From an uncultured Spirochaetales bacterium (lineage in GTDB: Bacteria; Spirochaetota; Spirochaetia; ARS1246), in assembly GCA_964536145.1 (NCBI GenBank), contig CAZHXC010000003.1:1-25827 (forward strand): a stretch of 25,827 nucleotides of DNA. Reading direction: 5' to 3'. The notes under the pieces were generated by a model. It saw only the letters and a list, made by a program, of their open reading frames with translations, was not told where the DNA came from and did not search any database. Of the stretch, positions 1 to 8,953 are shown in pieces. The number at the start of each line of letters is the position of its first letter. Positions within the stretch are counted from its first letter, which is position 1. Both the position numbers and the translations under genes were made by a program.

Positions 1-1
1 T

Positions 2-637
2 ACCGTTGGCGCCAAGGAGAAGATTGTCAGTAAAGTACTACCCGTTTTGGCTGAGGTGCAATCTGAGGTGCGTAGGGAGTCCTACATCCATGAGCTTGCG
101 GATGCACTGCGGGTAGATCCAAGTTCCGTTCAAAGAGATATATCTCGAATTTCTACACGAGGGCATGAGTCTCATTCCGTGCAGGAGACCGCGGCACTGA
201 GGGTCACTCCGGAATTATTTTTAATGCTTGCAGTTGCGGCGAATTTCCATATGTTTAAAGAGGTACGCAATCTGGTACGTCGGGATGACCTGGAAGACGA
301 TGCGGCGCGTGCGTTGTACGTTTCGCTCGAGGAGTCATTCAGAAACGATGAATCAAGCCTTGATTCGATATTGGCGCGCATCGAAGACGAGCGAGTGAAA
401 AAGGCTCTTCTGGAAAAAAGCGCCGCCGGGGAGTTCAGCGACAATTGTGGCGGCATCATAGCCGACACGGTCTCGCGTGTGAAAGAACAGAGTTTGAGAA
501 GAAAAAGAGCAGAGATTCAGCAAAGCATTCGTGCGCTTGAGAAGGATGGCGGGGCGAGTGAGAAGATCAAGAATCTATTGGAAGAAAAGATACATTTAGA
601 CACAGAACTGGAAAACCTAAGAGGTCGCAACGTATGA
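2..637 (+). CDS. dnaG: DNA primase, C-terminal part (5'-truncated by window edge)
   Basis: The frame is open from base 2 ([36 protein letters not shown]...), so the TTG at 47 is internal. The protein is helical and resembles the primase C-terminal helicase-binding region. Its stop overlaps the rpoD start (ATGA, 634-637), the classic dnaG-rpoD arrangement. No catalytic TOPRIM motif lies in the window. Confidence 0.85.
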   Translation, partial: TVGAKEKIVSKVLPVLAEVQSEVRRESYIHELADALRVDPSSVQRDISRISTRGHESHSVQETAALRVTPELFLMLAVAANFHMFKEVRNLVRRDDLEDDAARALYVSLEESFRNDESSLDSILARIEDERVKKALLEKSAAGEFSDNCGGIIADTVSRVKEQSLRRKRAEIQQSIRALEKDGGASEKIKNLLEEKIHLDTELENLRGRNV

Positions 638-2412
638 CAGAACTTCAATCTGAACCGGCCGTAGCAAGACTTCTCGAATACGGAAAGAAGAAAAAGAAAT
701 TAAGCTATGACGAAGTAAGTGATTTCCTTCCGCCCGAAATCGTCAATTCGGAAAAGATAGATGAAGTCTTTATGATACTCGAAAAAAATCATATCGAGGT
801 GCAGGAAGACGGTCTTGATTCCGATATGCAGGAAATGGATGAGGAAGACGGCACGGAAGCTGTCGAGCTCGAAAAAGAAATTGAAGACATCAAAAAGACA
901 AAAAAGAGAAAGAAGATCGTAACGAATCAGAAGGATGCTTCTATTGACGATCCTATCAGACTCTATCTCAGGGAAATTGGAAAAGAAAACCTCCTCACCG
1001 CGGAAGAAGAAGTGACGCTGTCCAAACAAATGGAGGACGGCGAAAATATCATCAAGAAAGTAATAAAGAATTCCGGACTGCTTCTCCCCGAGTTCTACGG
1101 AATTATGCAGAAGACATTCTCGAAAATAGATCCCAAAGACCTCGACCTGACCAAAAAAGAGATTTCAGAGTTTCTATCTGAGAAAAGACGGCTGAATCAA
1201 TTTTACAGGGAAGCTCTCAGAGATATCGCGCCGCAGCTCCGTCAGTATATGGATGCGAAAAAGAAGCTTATTTCCACGGGAGGCGATATCTTTCAGGATG
1301 AAGCGCTCTGCAAAACACGAAAAGAGCTGCATAAGAAGCTGATCGATCTTGATATCCATCAGGATGAAATACTGATGTTCTCAGACAAGTTCACCTTTGC
1401 TGCGAGAAAGATAACGAAATACACGAGAGAACAGCAGCGGATTGAGAGAAAATTACGGATCAGCAATCATCGGGAGCTCAGGAGCATGGGAAGGGGACTC
1501 GCGGCTCCCGAGAAGAGGCGTGAAATTGAGTCATATCTGGGCATGAGTGCCGATCAGATAAAGGAGAGGATTCGACAGATCCAAATTTCCGACAAAAAGC
1601 TCAAAGAGCTCGAGATTGACTTTGAAGACGCTATTGAAGAGATCCAGAAACGATCAGAAGAGATCTCCTACGGTCGTGACATGATGAAAAGCGCCAAGGA
1701 TAAGCTGATCCAGGCAAATCTGAGGTTGGTGGTAAGCATCGCCAAAAAGTACACCAACAGGGGCCTTCATTTTTTTGACCTCGTTCAGGAGGGGAATATC
1801 GGGCTGATCAAAGCCGTCGAGAAGTTTGAATACAGAAAGGGATATAAGTTTTCCACGTACGCTACCTGGTGGATTCGCCAGGCGATTACCCGCTCCATTT
1901 CTGATCAGGCGAGGACGATACGTGTTCCTGTTCATATGATTGAGCAGATAAACAAGGTGGTGAGAGAGTCTCGACAGTTGATGCAGGTTCTTGGTAGAGA
2001 ACCTACGGACGAAGAGATCGCCGACAGACTCGGCTGGTCGGTGCTTCGTGTGAAGTCTGTTAAGAACGTGGCAAGAGAGCCGATTTCTCTGGAAACTCCT
2101 ATAGGCGAAGAGGAGGATTCTCTACTTGGCGACTTCATAGAAGACAAAGATGTTGAAAACCCGGCAAGCCAGACCGCGTTTACCCTGCTGCAGGAGCAGT
2201 TACAAACCGTCCTGGAGACCCTCCCGCCGCGCGAGCAGGAAGTCCTCAAGATGCGATTTGGCCTGGAAGACGGTTATTCGCTCACACTTGAGGAAGTAGG
2301 GCTCTATTTCAACGTAACGAGGGAACGAATCCGGCAAATCGAAGCAAAGGCGCTCCGCAGACTCAGACACCCAAAGAGAAGCAGAAAGTTAAAAGATTAC
2401 ATAGACCATTGA
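634..2412 (+). CDS. rpoD: RNA polymerase primary sigma factor RpoD (sigma70)
   Basis: Region 1.1 ([11 protein letters not shown]), region 1.2 ([12 protein letters not shown]), regions 2.1-2.4 ([45 protein letters not shown]) and region 4 HTH ([30 protein letters not shown]). There is a long non-conserved insert between 1.2 and 2.1. SD-like AGAGGT upstream. Confidence 0.98.
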   Translation: MTELQSEPAVARLLEYGKKKKKLSYDEVSDFLPPEIVNSEKIDEVFMILEKNHIEVQEDGLDSDMQEMDEEDGTEAVELEKEIEDIKKTKKRKKIVTNQKDASIDDPIRLYLREIGKENLLTAEEEVTLSKQMEDGENIIKKVIKNSGLLLPEFYGIMQKTFSKIDPKDLDLTKKEISEFLSEKRRLNQFYREALRDIAPQLRQYMDAKKKLISTGGDIFQDEALCKTRKELHKKLIDLDIHQDEILMFSDKFTFAARKITKYTREQQRIERKLRISNHRELRSMGRGLAAPEKRREIESYLGMSADQIKERIRQIQISDKKLKELEIDFEDAIEEIQKRSEEISYGRDMMKSAKDKLIQANLRLVVSIAKKYTNRGLHFFDLVQEGNIGLIKAVEKFEYRKGYKFSTYATWWIRQAITRSISDQARTIRVPVHMIEQINKVVRESRQLMQVLGREPTDEEIADRLGWSVLRVKSVKNVAREPISLETPIGEEEDSLLGDFIEDKDVENPASQTAFTLLQEQLQTVLETLPPREQEVLKMRFGLEDGYSLTLEEVGLYFNVTRERIRQIEAKALRRLRHPKRSRKLKDYIDH

Positions 2413-2441
2413 GATAATAGGTTGGATACAGGAGTAAGACT

Positions 2442-3239
2442 ATGATGACCGAAGTGTTTGAAAAACTCCGTTCGCTTCAGGAAATTCTTTCTGAGCGTTA
2501 CGAACTTGAAAGGGAAATAAACGAAGTTCCGCGGACCCTTACCACAAAGACGGAGCTCTTGAGCCGTTTGCGAAAGCAGTACATCGATAAGAACAACCAG
2601 ATAGAAGAGATAAAGTCTAACATTTCCCGGCTCCGGATCCGTCTCTCAGACGCCGAGAAACAGCGTGAAGATTATGAGAAGCAAATGGACGTGATCAAAA
2701 CGCAGCGGGAATATGAGGCGTTGGATAAAGAGATCAAGGACGCGACCGAGAGAGAGCAGCAGTTGAGGAAAGAGATTCTTCGTGAAGAAAAAGAGTTGGA
2801 AGAAGTATCTCACGCTCTCGAACGGGAAGAATCGATGATTGAGCAGCAGGAGAAAGAACTCGAAGAGGAGCAGAAAAGGATACAGGAACAGAGCAAGGAA
2901 AAAAAGGAAACACTCAAGGCTCTTCAGAAAGAAGAGCAGAAGATTACTCCTGATCTGGATACCGAAATACTCTTCAAGTTTGAGAGAATAATAAAGAGCA
3001 AGGCAGGTATCGGTATTGTACCGGTAAGAAACTCAATCTGCACCGGTTGTCACATGCACCTGTCGGCTCAATTTCAAAATGACGTACGGAAGGGTGAAGA
3101 AATCCACTTCTGCCCATATTGCAGTAGAATTCTGTTTTACGAAGATAGCGAGGAACAGGCTACCATGGCCTTCAACGATGAGGATGCAGGAAGCCTTGCT
3201 GACCTGGCGGACATTGACGAAGAATTTGAAGAAGATTGA
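2442..3239 (+). CDS. C4-type zinc-ribbon coiled-coil protein (COG1579; HP0958/CT398-like) with acidic tail
   Basis: About 170 aa of coiled coil, then CTGC...CPYC within GIVPVRNSICTGCHMHLSAQ...IHFCPYCSRILF, then a D/E-rich tail. SD AGGAG upstream. Confidence 0.88.
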   Translation: MMTEVFEKLRSLQEILSERYELEREINEVPRTLTTKTELLSRLRKQYIDKNNQIEEIKSNISRLRIRLSDAEKQREDYEKQMDVIKTQREYEALDKEIKDATEREQQLRKEILREEKELEEVSHALEREESMIEQQEKELEEEQKRIQEQSKEKKETLKALQKEEQKITPDLDTEILFKFERIIKSKAGIGIVPVRNSICTGCHMHLSAQFQNDVRKGEEIHFCPYCSRILFYEDSEEQATMAFNDEDAGSLADLADIDEEFEED

Positions 3240-3256
3240 CAGATTACCGATAGTGT
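3226..3256 (+). promoter_or_regulatory. Possible sigma70 promoter for rnpB
   Basis: TAGTGT at 3251-3256 fits TAnnnT and lies 4 nt before the P1 helix start. TTGAAG at 3226-3231 would be the -35, but with a long 19-nt spacer. Confidence 0.3.
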
Positions 3257-3260
3257 AAAT

Positions 3261-3643
3261 GAAGGCAGGCGGATAGCCGCCGAATGATTTGCATTCGGAG
3301 GAAAGTCCGGGCTCCTTAGAACAGGGCGCCGGGTAACACCCGGGAATTTCTTGGAATATATTTTTCGAGAAATTACAGAGAGTGCAACAGAAAATATACC
3401 GCCCGGCTGCTCTTTTGTGTGGCCGGGTAAGGGTGAAAAGGTGGGGTAAGAGCTCACCGGTTTCCCGGTAACGGAAAACGCACTGTAAACCTCGCCCGGA
3501 GCAAAGTCAAATCGCGAATGGGTTGTTCGCCCGCTTAGTTCGCTGGTAGACTGCTTGAGACCGGACTGGCAACAGTTCCGGCGAGATAGATGGCTATCAT
3601 CCGGTGTATGCCGGAGACAGAACCCGGCTTACAGCCTGCCTTC
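3261..3643 (+). ncRNA. rnpB: RNase P RNA, bacterial type A
   Basis: Conserved GAGGAAAGTCCGGGCTCC, AGTGCAACAG, GGTAAGGGTGAAA, GTAAAC..CCCGGAGCAA and GACAGAACCCGGCTTA segments. P1 is GAAGGCAGG (3261-3269) with CCTGCCTTC (3635-3643). P2 is GATAGCC with GGCTATC. P6 is GAACA (3319-3323) with TGTTC (3524-3528). P13, P14, P16/17, P18 (GCAA tetraloop) and P19 can all be formed. Confidence 0.97.
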
Positions 3644-3673
3644 TTTTTTTTGCGCGCAAGAAGAGGTCTTCAG

Positions 3674-4606
3674 GTGATACTTCCGGACAGCAGAAACCAA
3701 TTCAGGTCCAGAAAAACAAAAAAAAACCTTGGCAAGACAATCGCTTTCATTATTGCCGCAGCAGCGGTAACTGGCGTTGTTTTCTGGCAGTGGCCCAACA
3801 TAAAGAAGCTCTTTTCGAGAGGGCCCGAACCTGTGGCAACATTGGCTGTCCTCTGGGAAGAACAGCGCTATGAAGAGATAAATCAATTCTGTGAAGAGCT
3901 GCTGATAGAGGATCCGTTGAAGTCCTATCTCCTTCTGTATAACGGATTTGCCTATTTCTATCGTGGTGTGAACCAGTTCTCATTTGAAGAAAAAATAGCA
4001 CTTTTCGACAGATCGATCACTTCATTGAGAAAGGCAATCCTCATAGACGATATGGACGGAAAAGCTTACTACGTGCTCGGGAAGGCCTACTACTACAAGG
4101 GGAAGTACTACGCGGACCTTACGATAGAATACCTGGAATCGGCTGCAGAGCAAGGGTACGTTGGAGAAGACACCTACGAATATCTGGGCCTTGCATACAG
4201 CACCCTCGGAAACTACGAAAAGAGCGCTGAGAGCTTCCTCAAGGCCGTTGCTGAAGAGCCGACGGATACCCGCTACCTGGCGCTGGCTCAGGCGTATTTC
4301 AATCAGGGTCTTGTTGACCGGGCTGAGGAGTATCTCCAGCGCACCCTCAACAAGACACAGGATCCGTCAATAGAGGAGCGGACGAGGTTTCTGCTGGGAA
4401 AAATCTATTTTGAGACCAATCAATTGACAAAGGCGGAAGATCAGTACAGAAGGATTCTGGAAAAAGACGAAGATTCCGCAGATGCTTACTATTTCCTTGG
4501 TGCGATATACTTGAAGTACAACAAGGAAACCGAAGCGAGATATTACTGGCGCCAGGCTCACATGATAGACGCTTCGCATTACGGTGCGAGGCTGCGGCTA
4601 TTTTAA
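3674..4606 (+). CDS. Membrane-anchored TPR-repeat protein (about 310 aa)
   Basis: The track start at 3590 lies inside rnpB. An in-frame GTG at 3674 has SD AAGAGGT 6 nt upstream. Basic N-terminus (RSRKTKK), one hydrophobic helix (IAFIIAAAAVTGVVFWQW), then multiple TPR-like units (AYYVLGKAYYYKG, YEYLGLAYSTLG, FLLGKIYFE, AYYFLGAIY). Confidence 0.85.
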   Translation: MILPDSRNQFRSRKTKKNLGKTIAFIIAAAAVTGVVFWQWPNIKKLFSRGPEPVATLAVLWEEQRYEEINQFCEELLIEDPLKSYLLLYNGFAYFYRGVNQFSFEEKIALFDRSITSLRKAILIDDMDGKAYYVLGKAYYYKGKYYADLTIEYLESAAEQGYVGEDTYEYLGLAYSTLGNYEKSAESFLKAVAEEPTDTRYLALAQAYFNQGLVDRAEEYLQRTLNKTQDPSIEERTRFLLGKIYFETNQLTKAEDQYRRILEKDEDSADAYYFLGAIYLKYNKETEARYYWRQAHMIDASHYGARLRLF

Positions 4607-4626
4607 AAATCAGGGAATATGCTATA

Positions 4627-4656
4627 TTGCGAAAGCGCGCTGCTGTCGGATAGAAT
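4627..4656 (+). promoter_or_regulatory. Putative sigma70 promoter for the mreB operon
   Basis: TTGCGA (4627-4632), 18-nt spacer, TAGAAT (4651-4656), in the AT-richer gap between the TPR gene and mreB. Confidence 0.5.
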
Positions 4657-4699
4657 ACCAGCGTCTTGCACTAAAATATAACGCGGCCGATTGGGGGAA

Positions 4700-5746
4700 A
4701 TGAGAGTGGCACGATTCTATGATGCATTTTCTACGGACCTTGGGATTGATCTTGGTACTTGTAACTCACTTATCTATGTGCGTGGAAAAGGTATCGTACT
4801 GAGTGAGCCTTCGGTTGTAGCGGTTGAGCGCGGTACCAAGAAAGTTGTGGCAGTTGGTGTCGAGGCAAAACGGATGCTCAACAAAACACCGGGAGATATA
4901 ATCGCTATCCAGCCGCTCAGGGATGGAGTGATCGCAGATCTTGAAACAACTGAAAAGATGATCCGCTACTTCATTTCAAAGGTCATCCACCGGAGGTGGC
5001 TGGTCAAACCGCGGATGGTTATTGGTGTGCCTACATGTATCACTGAAGTGGAACGGCGTGCGGTTGAAGAATGCGCGTACAAAGCGGGTGCGAGAGAGGT
5101 CAAAGTCATTGAAGAGTCGCTTGCCGCCGCTATTGGGGCGAGCATTCCAATCTTTGAGCCTTCCGGACACATGGTGTGCGATATAGGCGGTGGAACAACA
5201 GAAATTTCTGTTATCTCCCTCGGCGGTATGGTAGTTACCAAGGCGATAAGGCTTGGCGGAGATGAGTTTGACGAGTCGATTATCAAGCACGTGCGAAGCG
5301 TCCACAACCTCATCATCGGTGAACAAACTGCAGAAAAGTTGAAGATGACCATTGGCAACGCCAATCCCGAGAGAAAGATCGAGAAGATGGAAATCAAGGG
5401 TACTGATGCGATAACCGGGCTACCGAGAAGACTTGAAATTGACTCCGTCGAAGTGAGGGAAGCCCTCCAGGAACCAACGAGCGCCATTATCGATGAAATC
5501 AAAAGGACGCTCGGTCAAACGCCTCCCGAGCTTGCCGCAGATATCGTAGAGCGTGGTATAGTGATGACCGGCGGCGGATCTCTTCTGAAAGGTCTGCCAA
5601 AACTGATAAGCAAGGAGACCGGAGTCCCTGTTATTCTGGCGGAAGAACCGATGCTCTGTGTAGCCAACGGCGCGGGAATGTATTTTGAACTTACGAGGGA
5701 AATGGCCAGAGACAAGAAGACTATCTATAACAATCTCAATTCGTAA
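4700..5746 (+). CDS. mreB: Rod shape-determining actin-like protein MreB
   Basis: [15 protein letters not shown], RPLxDGVIAD-like ([10 protein letters not shown]), [21 protein letters not shown] at 4700 follows SD GGGGGA (track start TTG 4691). Confidence 0.98.
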   Translation: MRVARFYDAFSTDLGIDLGTCNSLIYVRGKGIVLSEPSVVAVERGTKKVVAVGVEAKRMLNKTPGDIIAIQPLRDGVIADLETTEKMIRYFISKVIHRRWLVKPRMVIGVPTCITEVERRAVEECAYKAGAREVKVIEESLAAAIGASIPIFEPSGHMVCDIGGGTTEISVISLGGMVVTKAIRLGGDEFDESIIKHVRSVHNLIIGEQTAEKLKMTIGNANPERKIEKMEIKGTDAITGLPRRLEIDSVEVREALQEPTSAIIDEIKRTLGQTPPELAADIVERGIVMTGGGSLLKGLPKLISKETGVPVILAEEPMLCVANGAGMYFELTREMARDKKTIYNNLNS

Positions 5747-5749
5747 TCA

Positions 5750-6595
5750 ATGCGGACGGTAAAATCGTTTCTGCAAAGACATAAAACCGGGAGCTTGTTA
5801 GCGGGCTACCTGATAGTATCTCTCACCCTCCTTACGGTTACTTCAAGTAGCGTGCAATTCAATCTAAAAAAGGGCGGATATGCCGTTGTATCCATGATTC
5901 AACGCGGAGGAGCGGAAGTCACCGGCTTTTTCAGACGGATGGTAAACTCCATCGGAGAACTGCGAAGACTGCGGGCTGATTACGAGGCAATCCAGGAAAA
6001 GCTGCAGGAATACAGAATACATGAGCGCGAGATGGCCGAATTGAGGCGGGAGAACGAACGTCTACGCGAACAGCTCGAGTATTCGGAAACTCTGGTCGGT
6101 CGATACTATGCGGCGGAAATAATCGGCATGGATGCCGGGGATTTTGCCACGGGGCTGCTCATCGACAAAGGTGGTGTTCACGGAATTGAGGATAACATGC
6201 CGGTGGTTGCCTACGTCGACGGATTTGAGGCCCTGGTTGGAAAAGTATATCAAGTGGGGCCGGTCTCTTCGCTTGTTCTTCCTCTTTTCGATATCAACTG
6301 CTTTGTACCGGGAAGGATGCAGACCTCGAGGTACACCGGGTTAATCAACGGCCAGGGAACACAGCTCAATAACCTGGTGATGAGGTCAATCCCAAAGAGT
6401 GCGCGCAGCGCGCTAAAGGTGGGCGACATCGTGGTAACATCCGGCCTTTCGAGCATCTATCCGCCGGACATTCACATTGGACGGGTAACCGAAATTGGGG
6501 CAAAGACCTGGGAGACGTCGCTCCTTCTCGACGTTGAGCCGGTGGTGGATTTTTCGCGCCTCGAGTATGTATTTGTGCTGGAGGCATCCGAGTAA
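5750..6595 (+). CDS. mreC: Rod shape-determining protein MreC
   Basis: N-terminal TM helix, coiled coil (LRRENERLREQL), LIDKG..GI...MPVV, LVGKV, GDIVVTSGL..IYPP.I.IG.V, VDFSRLEYVFV. It starts 3 nt after mreB. Confidence 0.95.
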   Translation: MRTVKSFLQRHKTGSLLAGYLIVSLTLLTVTSSSVQFNLKKGGYAVVSMIQRGGAEVTGFFRRMVNSIGELRRLRADYEAIQEKLQEYRIHEREMAELRRENERLREQLEYSETLVGRYYAAEIIGMDAGDFATGLLIDKGGVHGIEDNMPVVAYVDGFEALVGKVYQVGPVSSLVLPLFDINCFVPGRMQTSRYTGLINGQGTQLNNLVMRSIPKSARSALKVGDIVVTSGLSSIYPPDIHIGRVTEIGAKTWETSLLLDVEPVVDFSRLEYVFVLEASE

Positions 6596-7096
6596 GTGAA
6601 GATTTCGGGAGCGCTTTTCCATACTATTCTCATAACCGCCCTTGCCGTGCTGCAATCCGTCGTGTTCAGGCACGGTCTGGTTGCGGGTGTCACGCCTGAT
6701 TTTGCGCTCATTGTGCTGATCTTCTCGGCAAATCAGCATGGCAGTTACAAGGCGCAGAGTAGCGGGTTTGTTGCGGGCATTATCCAGGATGTGCTGAGCG
6801 TGACACCACTCGGATTTCACGCGCTTACGAGGACGCTTATCGGTTTTCTTTTCGGTATTACTAAAGGTAAGATATTTGTCGACCCGGTTCTTGTGCCGAT
6901 GCTTTTGGCCCTATTTGGGACATTTCTGAAAGCTGTCTTGAGTTTCCTGATTCTTTCGGTATTTGCCGGCGAGTACGCGTCCGTCGTATTCACACGGGAA
7001 CTGGGTATCGAGGCGGGGCTGAACGCTTTGGCGGCCCCCTTCCTGTACGCATTACTGAAAGTGGCAGGCATAATCAAACAAACGAGGGAAGCGTGA
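6596..7096 (+). CDS. mreD: Rod shape-determining protein MreD
   Basis: 166 aa, highly hydrophobic, with PDFALIVLIF and GFVAGIIQDVLS..PLG motifs. The GTG directly abuts the mreC stop. Confidence 0.92.
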   Translation: MKISGALFHTILITALAVLQSVVFRHGLVAGVTPDFALIVLIFSANQHGSYKAQSSGFVAGIIQDVLSVTPLGFHALTRTLIGFLFGITKGKIFVDPVLVPMLLALFGTFLKAVLSFLILSVFAGEYASVVFTRELGIEAGLNALAAPFLYALLKVAGIIKQTREA

Positions 7097-7098
7097 TA

Positions 7099-8946
7099 AT
7101 GGGAGATCCGGCCGGCAGAGGAACAAGTGACAGGAAGGGGAGGGTGGTTGCCCTTGCCCTGGTGGTCGGTTCCGTATTTTTGGTCTACCTGGCGTACCTT
7201 TTCTCGCTTCAGATAGTGAAGGGTTTGGAGTACCAGGACAGGGCGAGAAAAGTCTCGCAGCGGATGCTGCCAATCCCATCTCAGCGTGGCGAGATATATG
7301 ACCGAAATGCCGATACGCCTATCGTGATAAACGTTGATTCCTATGCCGTAGACATCATCCCTGCGGAAGTTGAGCGGGATGAGCTGGAAAACCTCATGCG
7401 GGAACTGTCGATTTTGCTCTCGGTACCGCTTCAGAGTATCAAAAAGAGTCTCCCCCCCGATATGTATCACCTCTACCAGCCTGTAGAAATTGCCGACAAG
7501 GTACCTGTTGAGAAAATCTACTACATAGCGGAGCATCTCGATGCGTATCCCGGGGTCACCTGGCACAATAAACCCATCCGTAGCTACCTTGAAACCGGTT
7601 CGATTGCACATGTTATCGGCTATGTGAATAACATTACGACCGCGGAGCTGCAGGTGCTCTACAACCGCGGTTATAAGTCAGGTGATGTTATCGGGAAGCG
7701 GGGAATCGAGAAACAGTATGATGGAATCCTGCGCGGAGAAGAGGGGGCGAGATATAGGACTGTCGACGTCAGAGGCCGCGGCGTTGACTCCGGCGGGGAG
7801 AGCATCATTGAGCCCGTACTAGGGAAAGACCTTGTTCTCACAATCGACAGGAAGATACAGAGATTGTGCGAGGAAGCCCTTGGCAGGCGAGCCGGCGCGG
7901 TTGTTGTGCTGAAACCTTCTAACGGTGAAGTGTTGGCGCTCGTTTCCTATCCCTCCTACGATCCGAATATCTTCTATACCGAACGTGCGGGGCGGGAGTT
8001 TACGAGGCTTGCATTGGATCCGCTTTCACCTTTTCTGAACCGTGCCATTCAGTCGAGCTATCCGCCCGCGTCAACTTTCAAAATACTGATGACCACCGCA
8101 CTGCTGGAAGAAAAGGCCGTGGATCCGGATTTTGAAGTGGAATGTACCGGCTCGCATTGGCTTGGAGATCGGGAGTTCAGGTGCTGGCTGGAAAACGGCC
8201 ATGGTTTGGTCAACCTATCGGAGGCTCTCGCGGAATCGTGCAATATCTATTTCCAGACAGTTGGACTCGATGATTTGGGAATCGATATTATATCTGATTA
8301 CATGTTCCGCTTTGGGCTTGGAGAAAGGACGGGTATCGACCTGTCACCGGAGACTACCGGGATAGCCCCAAACCCAAAATGGAAAGAAATTGCGACAAAT
8401 CAAAAGTGGGTTGGTGGCGACACGTATAACACATCTATTGGCCAGGGATACACGGCAGTTACCCCACTGCAGATGGCGAACGTAATGGCGCTGATAGTAA
8501 ACCGCGGTGTTGTTTATAAGCCGCATCTGCTCAAGGAAGTGCGGGATCCGGTTTCCGGCGAGGTTATTGAAGAAATAGAACCAACGGTTTTAAGGACATC
8601 CACGATAAGCGAAGACACGTTCTTGAAAGTGCAGGAATTGCTGAGGGGCGTGGTAACCGACGGGACCGCTTCAGTGATTATAAAAACAGATGCGGTAGAG
8701 ATAGCCGGAAAGACGGGTACCGGTGAGGTGGGGCTCGAAGAGCAGTGGGATTCCTGGTTTGTGGCATTTGGGCCCTATGGCGCGAAACCTGAAGACTCGG
8801 TTGTTGTAGTGGTATTTGTCGAGAGCGTGAATGAGTGGGAGTGGTGGGCTCCAAAGGCAGCTAACCTGATTTTTCAGGGCATCTTTGCTGATCAGAGCTT
8901 TGGCGAAGCTGTCGATACACTCAAACCCTGGTACGTCCCGAGGTGA
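7099..8946 (+). CDS. mrdA: Penicillin-binding protein 2 (class B transpeptidase)
   Basis: N-terminal TM, RGEIYDRN, GKRGIEKQYD, and active-site motifs SxxK (PASTFK), SxN (SCN) and KTG (GKTGT). ATG at 7099 or GTG at 7093. Confidence 0.96.
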   Translation: MGDPAGRGTSDRKGRVVALALVVGSVFLVYLAYLFSLQIVKGLEYQDRARKVSQRMLPIPSQRGEIYDRNADTPIVINVDSYAVDIIPAEVERDELENLMRELSILLSVPLQSIKKSLPPDMYHLYQPVEIADKVPVEKIYYIAEHLDAYPGVTWHNKPIRSYLETGSIAHVIGYVNNITTAELQVLYNRGYKSGDVIGKRGIEKQYDGILRGEEGARYRTVDVRGRGVDSGGESIIEPVLGKDLVLTIDRKIQRLCEEALGRRAGAVVVLKPSNGEVLALVSYPSYDPNIFYTERAGREFTRLALDPLSPFLNRAIQSSYPPASTFKILMTTALLEEKAVDPDFEVECTGSHWLGDREFRCWLENGHGLVNLSEALAESCNIYFQTVGLDDLGIDIISDYMFRFGLGERTGIDLSPETTGIAPNPKWKEIATNQKWVGGDTYNTSIGQGYTAVTPLQMANVMALIVNRGVVYKPHLLKEVRDPVSGEVIEEIEPTVLRTSTISEDTFLKVQELLRGVVTDGTASVIIKTDAVEIAGKTGTGEVGLEEQWDSWFVAFGPYGAKPEDSVVVVVFVESVNEWEWWAPKAANLIFQGIFADQSFGEAVDTLKPWYVPR

Positions 8947-8953
8947 TGCGCTG

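Noticed and set aside
3236-3241. Perfect TTGACA just upstream of rnpB
   Set aside because: There is no -10-like hexamer 16-18 nt downstream. It is formed by the GAT-TGA stop context.
3590-3673. N-terminal extension of the TPR ORF in the track
   Set aside because: It overlaps the conserved 3' end of rnpB, and a GTG with a good SD lies at 3674.
6817-7611. 264-aa minus-strand ORF, and other antisense ORFs such as 4966-5502, 16588-17076, 22449-22901 and 24375-24758
   Set aside because: They are shadows of well-supported genes on the opposite strand, with no recognisable motifs or SD sites.
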